A stretch of 64,000 nucleotides of DNA. It comes from Spirochaetia bacterium. GTDB lineage: Bacteria > Spirochaetota > Spirochaetia > WTKD01 > G963693115. The stretch is taken from positions 704,001 through 768,000 of the forward strand of contig CBDDCA010000006.1 in NCBI GenBank assembly GCA_965226055.1. The letters run 5' to 3'. The translations under genes and the position numbers were made by a program. The notes beneath the pieces are model-generated. The model saw only the letters and a list, made by a program, of their open reading frames with translations. It searched no databases and had not been told where the DNA came from. Numbering within the stretch: position 1 is the first letter of the stretch; every line of letters starts with the position of its first letter. Positions 41,714 to 53,862 of the stretch are shown here, one piece after another.

Positions 41714-42607
41714 ATGTCAATAGATTTACATGCACTTGATAGTTATTTGAAAACAAAATGTAATTTCGATATTTTTACTGATATTGACACAGTAAATGGA
41801 ATACAAGTTTCTCGAAAAAAACAGGATATTCACACTATTGCATGTGCAGTTGACAGTTCTTTTCCTGTCATACAGCATGCTGCTCACGCCTTTGCTAACT
41901 CAGATGCCAATATAAATACCAGTTCAGCAGATGTTCTTATGGTACATCATGGTATGTTTTGGGGAACATTTGATTCAGTAACAGGCCCTGTGCATAATAA
42001 ACTGTCATCGCTCCTCTGTAATGATATGGCATTATATGCAATGCATCTTCCCTTAGATGCTCATATGCAATTTGGCAACAATGCACAGATTGCCTCAATG
42101 CTTGGCTTAAAAGAAATTGCTCCTTTTGGAGAATACAAAGGAAGAAAAGTTGGAGTACAAGGCATATTTTCACAAGCAATGCACAGAGAATCTGTTATTG
42201 CTACTTTGTTTCCTCCTGCATATACATGGAAAGATGCTCCCTATCTTTCTCATTATACATTGCCTATACAAGAGGTAGGTACAAGTTATTATAATGCTAT
42301 TTTGTCATCCAGCATGTCTCCTTTAGGGAAGGCTTTTCATGGAAGAGAGGAAATTTCTTCAGTAGCGATTATATCAGGAGGAATGCCACGAAACGCTCTC
42401 TACGAAGCAAAGCAACAGAACATTGATATGCTGATATGTGGAGATGCTAGCCATATACTGTGGCTTGAAGCACAAGAATATGGCATAAATATTCTTTCTG
42501 CAGGGCATTACTATACTGAAACATGGGGGATTATGGCTTTGCTGCAACATCTTTGTGAGCAATTTTCATTAAAAGGAGTGTTTATTCATGCGCCAACTCA
42601 GCACTAA
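41714..42607 (+). CDS. Nif3-like dinuclear metal centre protein
   Basis: NGIQV, VHHGMFW, HLPLDAH..FGNN, AGHYYTETWG. Confidence 0.9.
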   Translation: MSIDLHALDSYLKTKCNFDIFTDIDTVNGIQVSRKKQDIHTIACAVDSSFPVIQHAAHAFANSDANINTSSADVLMVHHGMFWGTFDSVTGPVHNKLSSLLCNDMALYAMHLPLDAHMQFGNNAQIASMLGLKEIAPFGEYKGRKVGVQGIFSQAMHRESVIATLFPPAYTWKDAPYLSHYTLPIQEVGTSYYNAILSSSMSPLGKAFHGREEISSVAIISGGMPRNALYEAKQQNIDMLICGDASHILWLEAQEYGINILSAGHYYTETWGIMALLQHLCEQFSLKGVFIHAPTQH

Positions 42608-43238
42608 TGTTGTTCCCGAGAATACAACACGTAATAGTAATACAGGGCTTGCAGAAAAAGCTACATGGCTTTGGAGTCCATTGCTGTTATGTGTATTTAT
42701 TGTATTTATTGATCAGTTGAGCAAGTATCTTGTAGAAACTAATATTGGAAGAAATACAAAGTACGGTGAAATTATAGATCTATTCAATGGCTTTCTCTGG
42801 ATAGTGAAAGTGTACAATAAAGGCATTGCCTTTAGTTTAGCCTCTGATACAGATTGGTGGATTAGACTGATAATAGTGTATACAGTACCATTACTGTTAG
42901 TGATATTTCTCTTCAAGATAATTATTTATTCAAATTTTGATGCCTCATTTCGCTGGTATGCTTCGTTAGTGGCAGGGGGAGGAGTGGGGAATCTTATTGA
43001 TAGATTTTTTCGTGAAGAAGGAGTAGTAGATTTCATCAGTATAAATACATACGGTATATTTGGTATATCACGTTGGGCTACATTTAATTTTGCTGATGTT
43101 GCAGTAGTGATAGGTATGGTGTTATGGATGATTACTCTTTTGAAAGGACAGAAATCGCAGGCAATGTCGCAACAAGAGAGTGCTAGCACATCAGAGAGTA
43201 CACAAGAATCGCAAGATGCTGAAAAAAATAAACTATAG
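42588..43238 (+). CDS. lspA: Signal peptidase II
   Basis: DQLSK, NKGIAFS, GGVGNLIDR, VVDFI, FNFAD. Confidence 0.93.
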   Translation: MRQLSTNVVPENTTRNSNTGLAEKATWLWSPLLLCVFIVFIDQLSKYLVETNIGRNTKYGEIIDLFNGFLWIVKVYNKGIAFSLASDTDWWIRLIIVYTVPLLLVIFLFKIIIYSNFDASFRWYASLVAGGGVGNLIDRFFREEGVVDFISINTYGIFGISRWATFNFADVAVVIGMVLWMITLLKGQKSQAMSQQESASTSESTQESQDAEKNKL

Positions 43239-43251
43239 GTACACATAAGCA

Positions 43252-43662
43252 ATGTCTAACGATATTTTTGATGAAACAAAAGAGAAATATAATACACTAG
43301 GAAAAGCCTCTCTTGATACGAAACCAGATATATATGAAAAAAGGAAATTTAAGAAGTGGGTTCTATCAAAAACAAAAAAGCATATATTAAGCGATCGTAT
43401 CAATACAAAAAAAAATTCTTTACAGCTCTTTTTTCACTGGGTATCTATCTCATTATTGCTAATGCTTAGCATTACTGTGTTATTTGTTGGTATTATTTTT
43501 ATCTTTTCTCGTTTTAAGGAAAGTATTCCTTCCTCTTTTATCCCGTGGATATATGCTAGTGCGTATATTGTTTCTTTGCTGCTTGTGTTTTTCCCTTTCT
43601 TTTTCTGGTATAAAAGAAAGCGTGTAAGGAAAGAAAAAAATAATGCTATGCATGATACGTAA
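43252..43662 (+). CDS. Hypothetical two-TM membrane protein
   Basis: Co-oriented 13 bp after lspA; two hydrophobic helices. Confidence 0.55.
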   Translation: MSNDIFDETKEKYNTLGKASLDTKPDIYEKRKFKKWVLSKTKKHILSDRINTKKNSLQLFFHWVSISLLLMLSITVLFVGIIFIFSRFKESIPSSFIPWIYASAYIVSLLLVFFPFFFWYKRKRVRKEKNNAMHDT

Positions 43663-43792
43663 TATGGGAGCTTCGTAGAGGCATGGGTGCTATTCTCTTT
43701 GTGTGAATTTTGTTTTTGAACTTTGTATTTTTGGGCAATACCTAAGCAGTATTTAAGTAATAACAGAGCAATAGACACTTATAGCAAATAAC

Positions 43793-45304
43793 TTACATTA
43801 ATTTTCTAAATATGCCTGAGCGGCTTTTTAGTTCTTTTTGTAATTCATCAGTAAAAGGAATATGTTTCCAAAACATTGATCGAATATCTTTGTGTAATTT
43901 AGAAATACCTTTGCTTTCCCATTGAATCCATTGTATGTAATCAGCAATAAAATTCTCTTTTAAGGAGCCTTTTACTTTATTGTCTTCTGACCATTGATAA
44001 TATAGCCCTGTAAGTCCCTCTAAAGTCCATCGATGTCCAGCTTCTTCTTTGCTAATTTGCCATCGGTAATCTCCAATAGCATAGCAAATACAATGAAAGA
44101 GTTTGCTTGAATACATAGGAATAATAATTTTCGCAGAACTAGCGTTTCTATTATAGAAATTAAATGGTTCCCAACACACTCCTTTTGTTCCATAACAAGG
44201 AAGTAGTAATATTTGAGGGAACATTCTTACTTTTGTTCTTTTAATATTTCTAAAAAAAATAGAATAATCAATAGTTTCTACTTCTTGTATGTATTTTAGT
44301 ACAACTTCTCTTGTTCCTAAGTTATGTATATTAGAAGAGAAGAATTTATTAAACAATAGGGGGATATGGTTGCCTGTTTTTCCTACAGACATCTTAAACA
44401 TTTGCTTTATACTGTTTAATTCTTCGTATATTATTTTAGCGTTTACTTCTTGATTGCTGTTATCAGTATCATCATCTTCTTTAGGAGAGGGTTGCTCGTA
44501 CACACTATCCAATGTATGTTCTATGTCTTGGGTATATCTTTCAATGGTGCTTTGAGTCTCTTTTAACTGTTTATTGTTCATACGGATAGTCTGGATTGTT
44601 TGTATACATGAAAATAGTTCTGCCATAGCATGTTCTGGAATGGGAAATGTATACCCGAACTCATTTTCTTCCATAGATGATTGCAGTGAATTTCCTACTG
44701 AGAGTATTTTTTGTAATAGTTCTTGATTTTCTTGTGAAATAGTTTGTGCTTTATGCAGTGAAGAATCTCGTATCTTCTGAATTTGATTTATTTTCTGTTT
44801 TTCATTAAGGGCAAGCATTTCTCTTGAAGTCTCTTGCATAGTATCAATCAATGATTGACTTATATCTCCTTTCATAACTCCATCAAACCATTCGTCTAAA
44901 TAGTAAATTGATACTTTTGGGGGAGCATATATGTCATTTTCTGTTATTATACGTAATATTTCTCTTGAAATAGCTGAGCTTACTATTACCCCGTAGCGTA
45001 ATAGTAGTTTTACAGAAACTTCATTCAAGGAAGGAGTGTGCGAGATAACACTTTCTAAAAATTGCCAATAACTGTTGCTTAATTGAGCTCGTGCTTCAGA
45101 GTCAGAAGAAGTGAAGTCGCTTTCTAAAAGAAGAGTAAGGTGCTTATGAAGAGGCCTTGCTTTATCTTCTGATTGAGACATGATGCTTTTGTAAAATTGT
45201 TCTGGCTGTAGCAGTATATCAATTTTTTTTTCGCTTTGAGGAGGAACAAATAAATTCTCCTCATAAAAGCTATGTATTTGGTGCAGATATTCTTCATTTT
45301 TCAT
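43793..45304 (-). CDS. Conserved hypothetical protein
   Basis: 503-aa ORF with central coiled coil and conserved-looking C-terminus (EGLTGLYYQ, FIADYIQWIQWESKG). Confidence 0.7.
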   Translation of the reverse strand: MKNEEYLHQIHSFYEENLFVPPQSEKKIDILLQPEQFYKSIMSQSEDKARPLHKHLTLLLESDFTSSDSEARAQLSNSYWQFLESVISHTPSLNEVSVKLLLRYGVIVSSAISREILRIITENDIYAPPKVSIYYLDEWFDGVMKGDISQSLIDTMQETSREMLALNEKQKINQIQKIRDSSLHKAQTISQENQELLQKILSVGNSLQSSMEENEFGYTFPIPEHAMAELFSCIQTIQTIRMNNKQLKETQSTIERYTQDIEHTLDSVYEQPSPKEDDDTDNSNQEVNAKIIYEELNSIKQMFKMSVGKTGNHIPLLFNKFFSSNIHNLGTREVVLKYIQEVETIDYSIFFRNIKRTKVRMFPQILLLPCYGTKGVCWEPFNFYNRNASSAKIIIPMYSSKLFHCICYAIGDYRWQISKEEAGHRWTLEGLTGLYYQWSEDNKVKGSLKENFIADYIQWIQWESKGISKLHKDIRSMFWKHIPFTDELQKELKSRSGIFRKLM

Positions 45305-45409
45305 ACTATACTTATTATTATAGGCATTTTTATCATATACTTAAAAATTTTCACTATTTTTATGCTAATATTATAGCAAAAATATTTTTTTTTCTTTACA
45401 ATGTAATAA

Positions 45410-46972
45410 ATGCAGGACGCAATCAAATATCTACATCCCTTAGAATTAAAAGTGTTATTCTACTTTGAATCTCAAGAATCTTCTCAGAAGGCTTCTCAAG
45501 AGTATGGTATATCGGTACATGATATTATAGAAGGGACAGGATTATTGGAAGGACAAGTAAATCAAGCTATTAGTTGGTTACAGGGAAAATCATATGTAGA
45601 AGAAAAAAGTAAGACTGCGAGTGTGTGGTATGAAAGAACTTCACTAGGAGCAGAATGGAATGATAAAAAAACTCCGTATAGAAGAATTGTGGAGTATGTA
45701 CAGGATAATGAAGAGAAGAGTGATTTACAGACCATTGCTAAAAAACTTGGTATAGAAGCAAAAGAGGTAGGCTCTGCCTTTGGTACTCTTTCAAAAGCAC
45801 AGGTGCTGCGTTTAAGTAATACTAAGCAGGTAGAGTATGTAGAGAATGCTGTGTATCCATCTGAACTTATGGCACTGGAGTTACTGTTACAACAAGAAGA
45901 AATTGATGGATCCCTCCTTACTACAGAACAAATGCAAGTTATTGAAAAATATGCAAAAAAGAGAGGCTCTGCTTCTGTTCCTTTCCGCAGAGTAGAACGT
46001 GAGGTAATACAGTATATAATAAGTGATGCAGGAAAGCAGAGCATAGAACAGGCAAAATTACTTGGTTTAACAGGGGAAGAAGTTGGTGCAGTAAACGCTC
46101 AGATGCTAAAGGATAAAAGCTGGAAAGAAAAAAAGTTTCGTTCGTATAATATTTCTTTGCCTCCTAACAGGGTAAGTGTAGGGAGAAGAAACTCCTATTC
46201 TCAATTTTTACAAGGAGTGAAGGATACATTAGTGGGACTAGGCTTTGAAGAATTTGATGGATCCCTTGTTCAAACGGAATTTTGGAATTCTGATGCTTTG
46301 TTTATGCCACAATTTCATGCAGCTCGTGATATACATGATGTGTACTATGTAGATGCCCCTACCCATGCAAAAAAAATAGATGAGCCTTGGTTGCATAATG
46401 TAGCGAAAGTACATGAGAATGGAGGGGATACAGGCAGTAGAGGATGGAGATATTCTTTTGATAAACATTTTACGAAACGTTTAATTTTAAGAAGTCAAGG
46501 TACGGTTATGTCAGCCAGGACCTTGCCGCATGCAAAAATTCCGGGAAAATATTTTGGTATTCTTCGTGTATTTAGGAGAGATCAAATAGACGCAACACAT
46601 CTTTCTGATTTTTATCAAACGGAAGGTATTATTGTAGGAGAGGATGTGAATTTACGAACATTGCTTGGTTTATTGCGAGTATTTGCAGAAGAAATTGCTC
46701 ATGCAGAAGAAATACGCTATGTGCCCGGTTATTTTCCTTTTACTGAACCTTCTGTAGAGGTGCATATTAAGCATCCAAACATTGGATGGATGGAGCTGGG
46801 AGGCTCTGGTATTTTTCGTCCTGAGGTAACAAAGCCACTTGGGATAGATGTTCCCGTTGCAGCTTGGGGGATAGGCATAGATAGAATGGCTACTATGCAG
46901 ATGAATATTAGTGATTTACGAGATCTATTTAGTTATGATTTAGAGAAAGTATTATATCAAAAGCAGGCGTAA
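45410..46972 (+). CDS. pheS: Phenylalanine--tRNA ligase alpha subunit (long archaeal/spirochete type)
   Basis: FWNSDALFMPQFHAARDIHD, FRRDQIDATH, YFPFTEPS, ELGGSGIFRPE, AWGIGIDR; 520 aa. Confidence 0.95.
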   Translation: MQDAIKYLHPLELKVLFYFESQESSQKASQEYGISVHDIIEGTGLLEGQVNQAISWLQGKSYVEEKSKTASVWYERTSLGAEWNDKKTPYRRIVEYVQDNEEKSDLQTIAKKLGIEAKEVGSAFGTLSKAQVLRLSNTKQVEYVENAVYPSELMALELLLQQEEIDGSLLTTEQMQVIEKYAKKRGSASVPFRRVEREVIQYIISDAGKQSIEQAKLLGLTGEEVGAVNAQMLKDKSWKEKKFRSYNISLPPNRVSVGRRNSYSQFLQGVKDTLVGLGFEEFDGSLVQTEFWNSDALFMPQFHAARDIHDVYYVDAPTHAKKIDEPWLHNVAKVHENGGDTGSRGWRYSFDKHFTKRLILRSQGTVMSARTLPHAKIPGKYFGILRVFRRDQIDATHLSDFYQTEGIIVGEDVNLRTLLGLLRVFAEEIAHAEEIRYVPGYFPFTEPSVEVHIKHPNIGWMELGGSGIFRPEVTKPLGIDVPVAAWGIGIDRMATMQMNISDLRDLFSYDLEKVLYQKQA

Positions 46973-47054
46973 CCTGATGAGAGATGCACATCTAAGTATA
47001 ATACTCCACATGTATACATAAAGAATAAAAAGGAAATATTTATTATCATTTATT

Positions 47055-48773
47055 ATGCCAAAAATACAAATTGATACAGAATTATTTTTTTCTCTGTTAG
47101 GACAGAGGCTTGACAAAGAGAGATTAGAGGATCTTTTAGTCGTTGCAAAAGCAGAGCTTGAAGAGTTTGCAGAAGGGGTTGGTGCAACACTGAAAATAGA
47201 ATTAAATGATACAAATCGCCCTGATTTATGGTCAGCTGCTGGTTTAGCACGTCAGCTTAAATGTTATCTTACCCATACTGTTCCGCATTTTTCATTTTAT
47301 GATCAAGCTCCTGCACAAGAAAAAACTATTATTGTAGATTCTCGTTTGCAAGATATTCGTCCCTATGTGGTGGGGCTAGAAATATCAGGCAAAGAAATTG
47401 ATGAAGCACTTCTTATAGAGCTTATTCAAAATCAAGAAAAGTTATGTGAAAATTTTGGACAAAAGCGTTATGCATTAGCTATGGGCATATATCGAGCAAG
47501 TGAAATACAATGGCCTGTGCATTATAGAGCCTGCGATCCTGATACCACTGAGTTTGTACCATTAGAGCATACTCATGCGTTAAGTTTACGCAAGATAGTA
47601 CATGAACATGCGAAAGGAAAAGAGTATGGTCATATCATAAAAGACTATTCTCTCTACCCTCTTCTTGTCGATGCAAAAGATGAAGTATTAAGTATGCCTC
47701 CTATTATCAATAGTGCACAGTTAGGGGCAGTACAGGTAGGGGATGATCATTTGTTCATAGAACTTACTGGTTGGGATTTAGAAATGCTTTTTTTAGCTAC
47801 CTCAATCTGTGCCTGTGATTATGCAGATTTAGGGTTTCAGATTACGAGAATACAGTCTTTGTATCAGTATGATACAGGCTATTCAAAAGAAGTTGTCTGT
47901 CCGCATTATTTTCAGACAACAAAAGAATGTAATATACTACAGGCAAATAAGTTGCTTGGAAACAATCATAGTGTTCAGGAAATATCCGATTCTCTTACAT
48001 GTATGGGGCTGGAAACCTCTTTGCAAGATGAACATACTTTGCAAGTGACAGTGCCTCCTTACCGTAATGATTTTTTGCATTCAGTGGATATTGTTGAGGA
48101 TATTATGATTGGCTATGGACTGTCTCAATATGAACCAGAAATGCCTAAAAGTTTTACAATAGGACGCGTAAGCACAAGAGAAAAAATGAAGCGAAGCATC
48201 TTACAAACGATGATAGGGCTAGGATTTCAAGAAATGATGTTTCCGTATCTTGGTTCTAAGCAACAACATATTGTGCAAATATATGAAAAAACAGAAATAG
48301 CAGACAAAGAAAGTACTTTTGTAAAGGTAGCTAATCCTATATCGGAAAACTATGAGTATGTGCGACAGTCCATTCTGCCAAATTTACTTGAAACAGAACG
48401 TGTGTCTGCTAATACTATGTATCCTCATAGGATATGTGAAGTTGGTGAAACAGTAACAAAAGATACAAATGAAAATTATGGATCTAAGACATTACAAATG
48501 CTTGGATTTTTGCTTGCAGATAATCAAGCAGGATTTACAGAAATAAATTCTATTGTGGCTGCAATACTTTTTTATCATGATATTGATTGGGAAGCAAAAA
48601 CAGTGAAAGATTCACGTTTTCTTGAAGATAGAGCTGCAGTAGTAGTACGAAAATCTGATAAAGTAGTGCTAGGAATATTTGGTGAGATACATCCACGAAT
48701 ATTAGAGCAGTTTGATATTACCATGCCATGTGCTGGTGGCGAGCTCTTTTTAGATATGTTTACGCTTTTATAA
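47055..48773 (+). CDS. pheT: Phenylalanine--tRNA ligase beta subunit (short archaeal/spirochete type)
   Basis: DTNRPDLWS, LSMPPIINS, PPYRNDFLHSVDIVEDI, GEIHP; 572 aa. Confidence 0.93.
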   Translation: MPKIQIDTELFFSLLGQRLDKERLEDLLVVAKAELEEFAEGVGATLKIELNDTNRPDLWSAAGLARQLKCYLTHTVPHFSFYDQAPAQEKTIIVDSRLQDIRPYVVGLEISGKEIDEALLIELIQNQEKLCENFGQKRYALAMGIYRASEIQWPVHYRACDPDTTEFVPLEHTHALSLRKIVHEHAKGKEYGHIIKDYSLYPLLVDAKDEVLSMPPIINSAQLGAVQVGDDHLFIELTGWDLEMLFLATSICACDYADLGFQITRIQSLYQYDTGYSKEVVCPHYFQTTKECNILQANKLLGNNHSVQEISDSLTCMGLETSLQDEHTLQVTVPPYRNDFLHSVDIVEDIMIGYGLSQYEPEMPKSFTIGRVSTREKMKRSILQTMIGLGFQEMMFPYLGSKQQHIVQIYEKTEIADKESTFVKVANPISENYEYVRQSILPNLLETERVSANTMYPHRICEVGETVTKDTNENYGSKTLQMLGFLLADNQAGFTEINSIVAAILFYHDIDWEAKTVKDSRFLEDRAAVVVRKSDKVVLGIFGEIHPRILEQFDITMPCAGGELFLDMFTLL

Positions 48774-48829
48774 GAATAAGGGTATTGAAATACTATATAT
48801 GATTACTATAATAACAATGGGAAATTATT

Positions 48830-49873
48830 ATGCAACAAAAGACTATACATAGTAAGCCACATATATTGCAGCATTATTCTGGAAAAGGAAAAGAAAATGA
48901 ACAGGACATTTTTATTCTTTTACGTCCTGCAACTAATTGTTATCAAATAGAAAGTATTATTCTTAGTGTACTACGATCGTCTCATTATTATAGAAAATCT
49001 CTGTGGTTAGAGTATATGGCAAATTTACCTGGTACTTTTCTTTCATTTTATAATGTTATGAACGCACATTATCGTCATCGTTATTATTTTTCTATACATG
49101 GAAAAGCAAGTTTTACTTCAAGCATGAGAAAAAAGTTTGAGCAACGGTTTCATAGAAAATTTGATGATAGTAACATTATCAGCCCTTTTGAAGCCCTTAG
49201 ATATTTGAATCTTAATGAAATTGAATTAGCACGATACTGGCTTTGTACAAAAGAAGGCATGAACGATTATATAGAAGGGCAAACAGTGAGTATGGTGTGT
49301 GATCATGATAATAAGGAACTTTTTATCATTAATTGTGATTTTCCCAGCTTAATGATGCAACATCATGAGGGTACTAATTGTGCAGTATTGCTATTTCGTA
49401 CGGTGCTTTCATATCAACAGTTTTATATACTCATTAGGGAAGTGATACACAATGTGTTCATGCATGTTTCTGAGTTTGCTGATATGTATAAACATGATAA
49501 AACATTACAAAATTATTTCATGCTCCCTCAAGAAATGCTATTGCGTGGAGGATATAAACGGTTTTTTCAATATTCTAACGGTCCTTTTGAGCAGTTACAT
49601 GATGGTATAGATTTTTTATATGATGAATCAGGCAACCATATAGCGCTTGAGAACATGACTTTTGCACATTATTTACGCTTACATAATGTTGATACAAATG
49701 AGCTGGAAGCCAGTTTACGAAATCCCATAGGGTTCTTTGATGTAAATAATACATGGGAAGAACATTCGTTGTATTCTATGACCTACCATATGAATTATCA
49801 GCAAGCTCTAAATGTGTTTAAGACAATGCGTTCGCAGTTTATTACCGATGAAAAAATCACTGAAGCGGTATAA
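48830..49873 (+). CDS. Hypothetical protein
   Basis: 347-aa ORF; no confident motif. Confidence 0.65.
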   Translation: MQQKTIHSKPHILQHYSGKGKENEQDIFILLRPATNCYQIESIILSVLRSSHYYRKSLWLEYMANLPGTFLSFYNVMNAHYRHRYYFSIHGKASFTSSMRKKFEQRFHRKFDDSNIISPFEALRYLNLNEIELARYWLCTKEGMNDYIEGQTVSMVCDHDNKELFIINCDFPSLMMQHHEGTNCAVLLFRTVLSYQQFYILIREVIHNVFMHVSEFADMYKHDKTLQNYFMLPQEMLLRGGYKRFFQYSNGPFEQLHDGIDFLYDESGNHIALENMTFAHYLRLHNVDTNELEASLRNPIGFFDVNNTWEEHSLYSMTYHMNYQQALNVFKTMRSQFITDEKITEAV

Positions 49874-49914
49874 GTAGTATACAGTATACAATACAATTTC
49901 AATAGAGTACTCTA

Positions 49915-50517
49915 TTACTTGCATGTAAGTAATGCTTGACTGAGTGCCTCATAATGTTCAAATGCTGGTATAGATGGATATAGATCTGTAATTGTTTGTG
50001 GAGCACGAAAAAATGCACCATAGTTTGCCTGTTGTATCATTGTTATATCGTTATATGAATCTCCAGCTGCAGCAACAAAGATATTACATGCTTGTAATTG
50101 TTTTGTGAGATGAAATTTTCCATTGTGTTGACGAAGTATATACGATTGTATGTTCCCCTGAGTATCAATGGCAAGTGAATTACAAAAAATAACTGGATAT
50201 TGAAGCAGTGCTCGAAATGGGGTAAAAAACTCTACAAATGTATCAGATACAATAATGACCTCGCAGTGTTTACGAAGGTGCATGAAGAAATCCAATGCAT
50301 CAGGAAGCGGAGTCATGGTAGCTATGATGTCTTGCAAGGTATGTATAGTAATAGCATGCTTTTGTAATGCCTTAATACGTATTTCCATGAGTTGATCGTA
50401 GTCAGATATATCGCGAGTTGTAAGTCCAAGTTGTTCAATATTTGTAATTTTTGCTACTTCTTTCCATATTTCAGGAATAAGTACTCCTTCTAAGTCAAGG
50501 GCAATAGTTTTCTGCAT
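49915..50517 (-). CDS. thrH: Phosphoserine phosphatase/homoserine phosphotransferase ThrH (HAD family)
   Basis: LDLEGVLIPEIW, TTRDISDYDQLM, SDTF, AAGDSYND. Confidence 0.9.
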   Translation of the reverse strand: MQKTIALDLEGVLIPEIWKEVAKITNIEQLGLTTRDISDYDQLMEIRIKALQKHAITIHTLQDIIATMTPLPDALDFFMHLRKHCEVIIVSDTFVEFFTPFRALLQYPVIFCNSLAIDTQGNIQSYILRQHNGKFHLTKQLQACNIFVAAAGDSYNDITMIQQANYGAFFRAPQTITDLYPSIPAFEHYEALSQALLTCK

Positions 50518-50741
50518 AAGAATATTATAATATTTTATCGTTTGTGATTTCAAGGACTAGGTGTGACATCAAAGGCTTTAGCAGGCATCAAAAAATAGTT
50601 TTAGCGATCTATTATTGATAAGTATTTGTACTTGTAATATATCATGTTGTTTTATTTTGTGAATCAATATTTTTTTAGAAAATGCGAAATAAAGAGATTA
50701 GTCAATAATAAAGCCTTTTATTTATTTGCTATAATGTATCT

Positions 50742-51371
50742 ATGCAAAAAGAAGTGGAAAAATTTTTTGCGGAACAAGACAAATCTGAAGTACTAGACTT
50801 TGTGTATGATAACGCAGTATGTATGGTAGATAAAATAATAAAGACATTAGATAAGATCAAGCAAAGGGCAACAATTTTCATGTCAGGGTACATATTAGTA
50901 ATATTGGGAATATATTCTTCTATTTCTACGGTAAGTACTATGATAAAAAAACTGTTTGTACTCAGGAATGTTTATATTTTTGTAGCACTAGTTATAGTCT
51001 TACTATTATTACTACTACTAATATGGTTTATGTTATCTGCATTTCTAAAATTTTACCAAGTACTAAAAACTCATAAAATTGTTGCTTCAAGTATACCTCC
51101 TAAGGAATTTGATAAAGTTCTTATGAATATGAATAAGAGAGAGATTATAAAATTAAAAATAGAGGCATTAAAATTTCTGGAGAAAGCTTATGATGCAAAT
51201 TATCAACAAATGAAACAACAGGCCAAATTACTCGATAAAGGAATGAAAGGCTTTAAATTAAGTTTGATATTTTTATCATTACTGATAGTAGTGGTATCAA
51301 TCCTGTATTTTATTGATAATGATTTACCCTCATTCATTATTTTGATCAGTATGTTCATCTTCGGAAAATGA
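50742..51371 (+). CDS. Hypothetical multi-TM membrane protein
   Basis: Three or more hydrophobic helices; AT-rich; TGC-TATAAT lies 6 nt before the ATG. Confidence 0.7.
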   Translation: MQKEVEKFFAEQDKSEVLDFVYDNAVCMVDKIIKTLDKIKQRATIFMSGYILVILGIYSSISTVSTMIKKLFVLRNVYIFVALVIVLLLLLLLIWFMLSAFLKFYQVLKTHKIVASSIPPKEFDKVLMNMNKREIIKLKIEALKFLEKAYDANYQQMKQQAKLLDKGMKGFKLSLIFLSLLIVVVSILYFIDNDLPSFIILISMFIFGK

Positions 51372-51455
51372 CTGATCATCTTCAAATAATGTTGATGAGT
51401 TTATATCAATCTCATCATCCTGATTTGTATCGTTTGTATAATTATTATTATCCAT
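51330..51455 (-). CDS. Putative 41-aa acidic small protein
   Basis: Manual translation MDNNNYTNDTNQDDEIDINSSTLFEDDQSFSEDEHTDQNNE; preceded by TTGACA, 19 nt, TATAAT, 6 nt, ATG. Confidence 0.45.
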   Translation of the reverse strand: MDNNNYTNDTNQDDEIDINSSTLFEDDQSFSEDEHTDQNNE

Positions 51456-51654
51456 AAATCTATTATAGTATAATTATTCATTATTTTGTCAATAAATTTC
51501 CAATTTTTGTATTGATATACTTGCAAATATTTTGTATTTTAGGTAACATATAAATACTGTATGAAAAATTACGATAGTTTATGCAGTGCATTCAGATTTA
51601 TAGGGGAATAAATACCTTGTAAATAGCGAAATAAATAAAAATAATAAAAAATAG

Positions 51655-53319
<1,665 letters not shown>

Positions 53320-53351
53320 TTACTATCATACATGGAATGATACAAAAGAAG

Positions 53352-53379
53352 AAAAGGGAGACTATAAGTCTCCCTTTTT
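53352..53379 (+). terminator. Intrinsic terminator after groEL
   Basis: AAAAGGGAGACT-ata-AGTCTCCCTTTTT hairpin. Confidence 0.85.
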
Positions 53380-53422
53380 ATTAGGATACTTTATTATAGA
53401 GAGTACAAGGGAGAATTGTAAT

Positions 53423-53788
53423 ATGGCAAAGCATGTAACAAGAGAAGAGTATATTGGTATTATTGGGTTTTTTGGTAATACAGCACTTATTGATAGATCG
53501 GTACTTAAGAAAGTCAAAAAGCTTTCTTTTGAAAGGCTTCTTGATAAAAATATGATACGTGAATGTGTATGTGATGCATTATATACTAACGATGAAGACA
53601 AAAAAAGAAAGGTATGTACCCATTACTTTGCTCTTCGTCCTCATACCTCTGATGATGAATCGACTTCTTTACCAACACCGCACGATACTCAGCAGGATGA
53701 CTATATGGTACAGTTTAAGTCTCTTGTTCAAGAATATGGTGTTCTTGAAGAGGTATTACATAGAGAATTACGAAAAAAATATATGTAA
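53423..53788 (+). CDS. Hypothetical protein
   Basis: 121-aa ORF with GGGAG RBS. Confidence 0.6.
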   Translation: MAKHVTREEYIGIIGFFGNTALIDRSVLKKVKKLSFERLLDKNMIRECVCDALYTNDEDKKRKVCTHYFALRPHTSDDESTSLPTPHDTQQDDYMVQFKSLVQEYGVLEEVLHRELRKKYM

Positions 53789-53862
53789 ATTATTGCTATC
53801 TTCTGTTATAATTTATTAATCGTATAGTTATGATATACTATATATAGTGAGTTTATTTTTGT

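Noticed and set aside
53789-53862. Glycine riboswitch before gcvT
   Set aside because: The gap is only ~74 bp, AT-rich, and lacks the conserved aptamer motifs.
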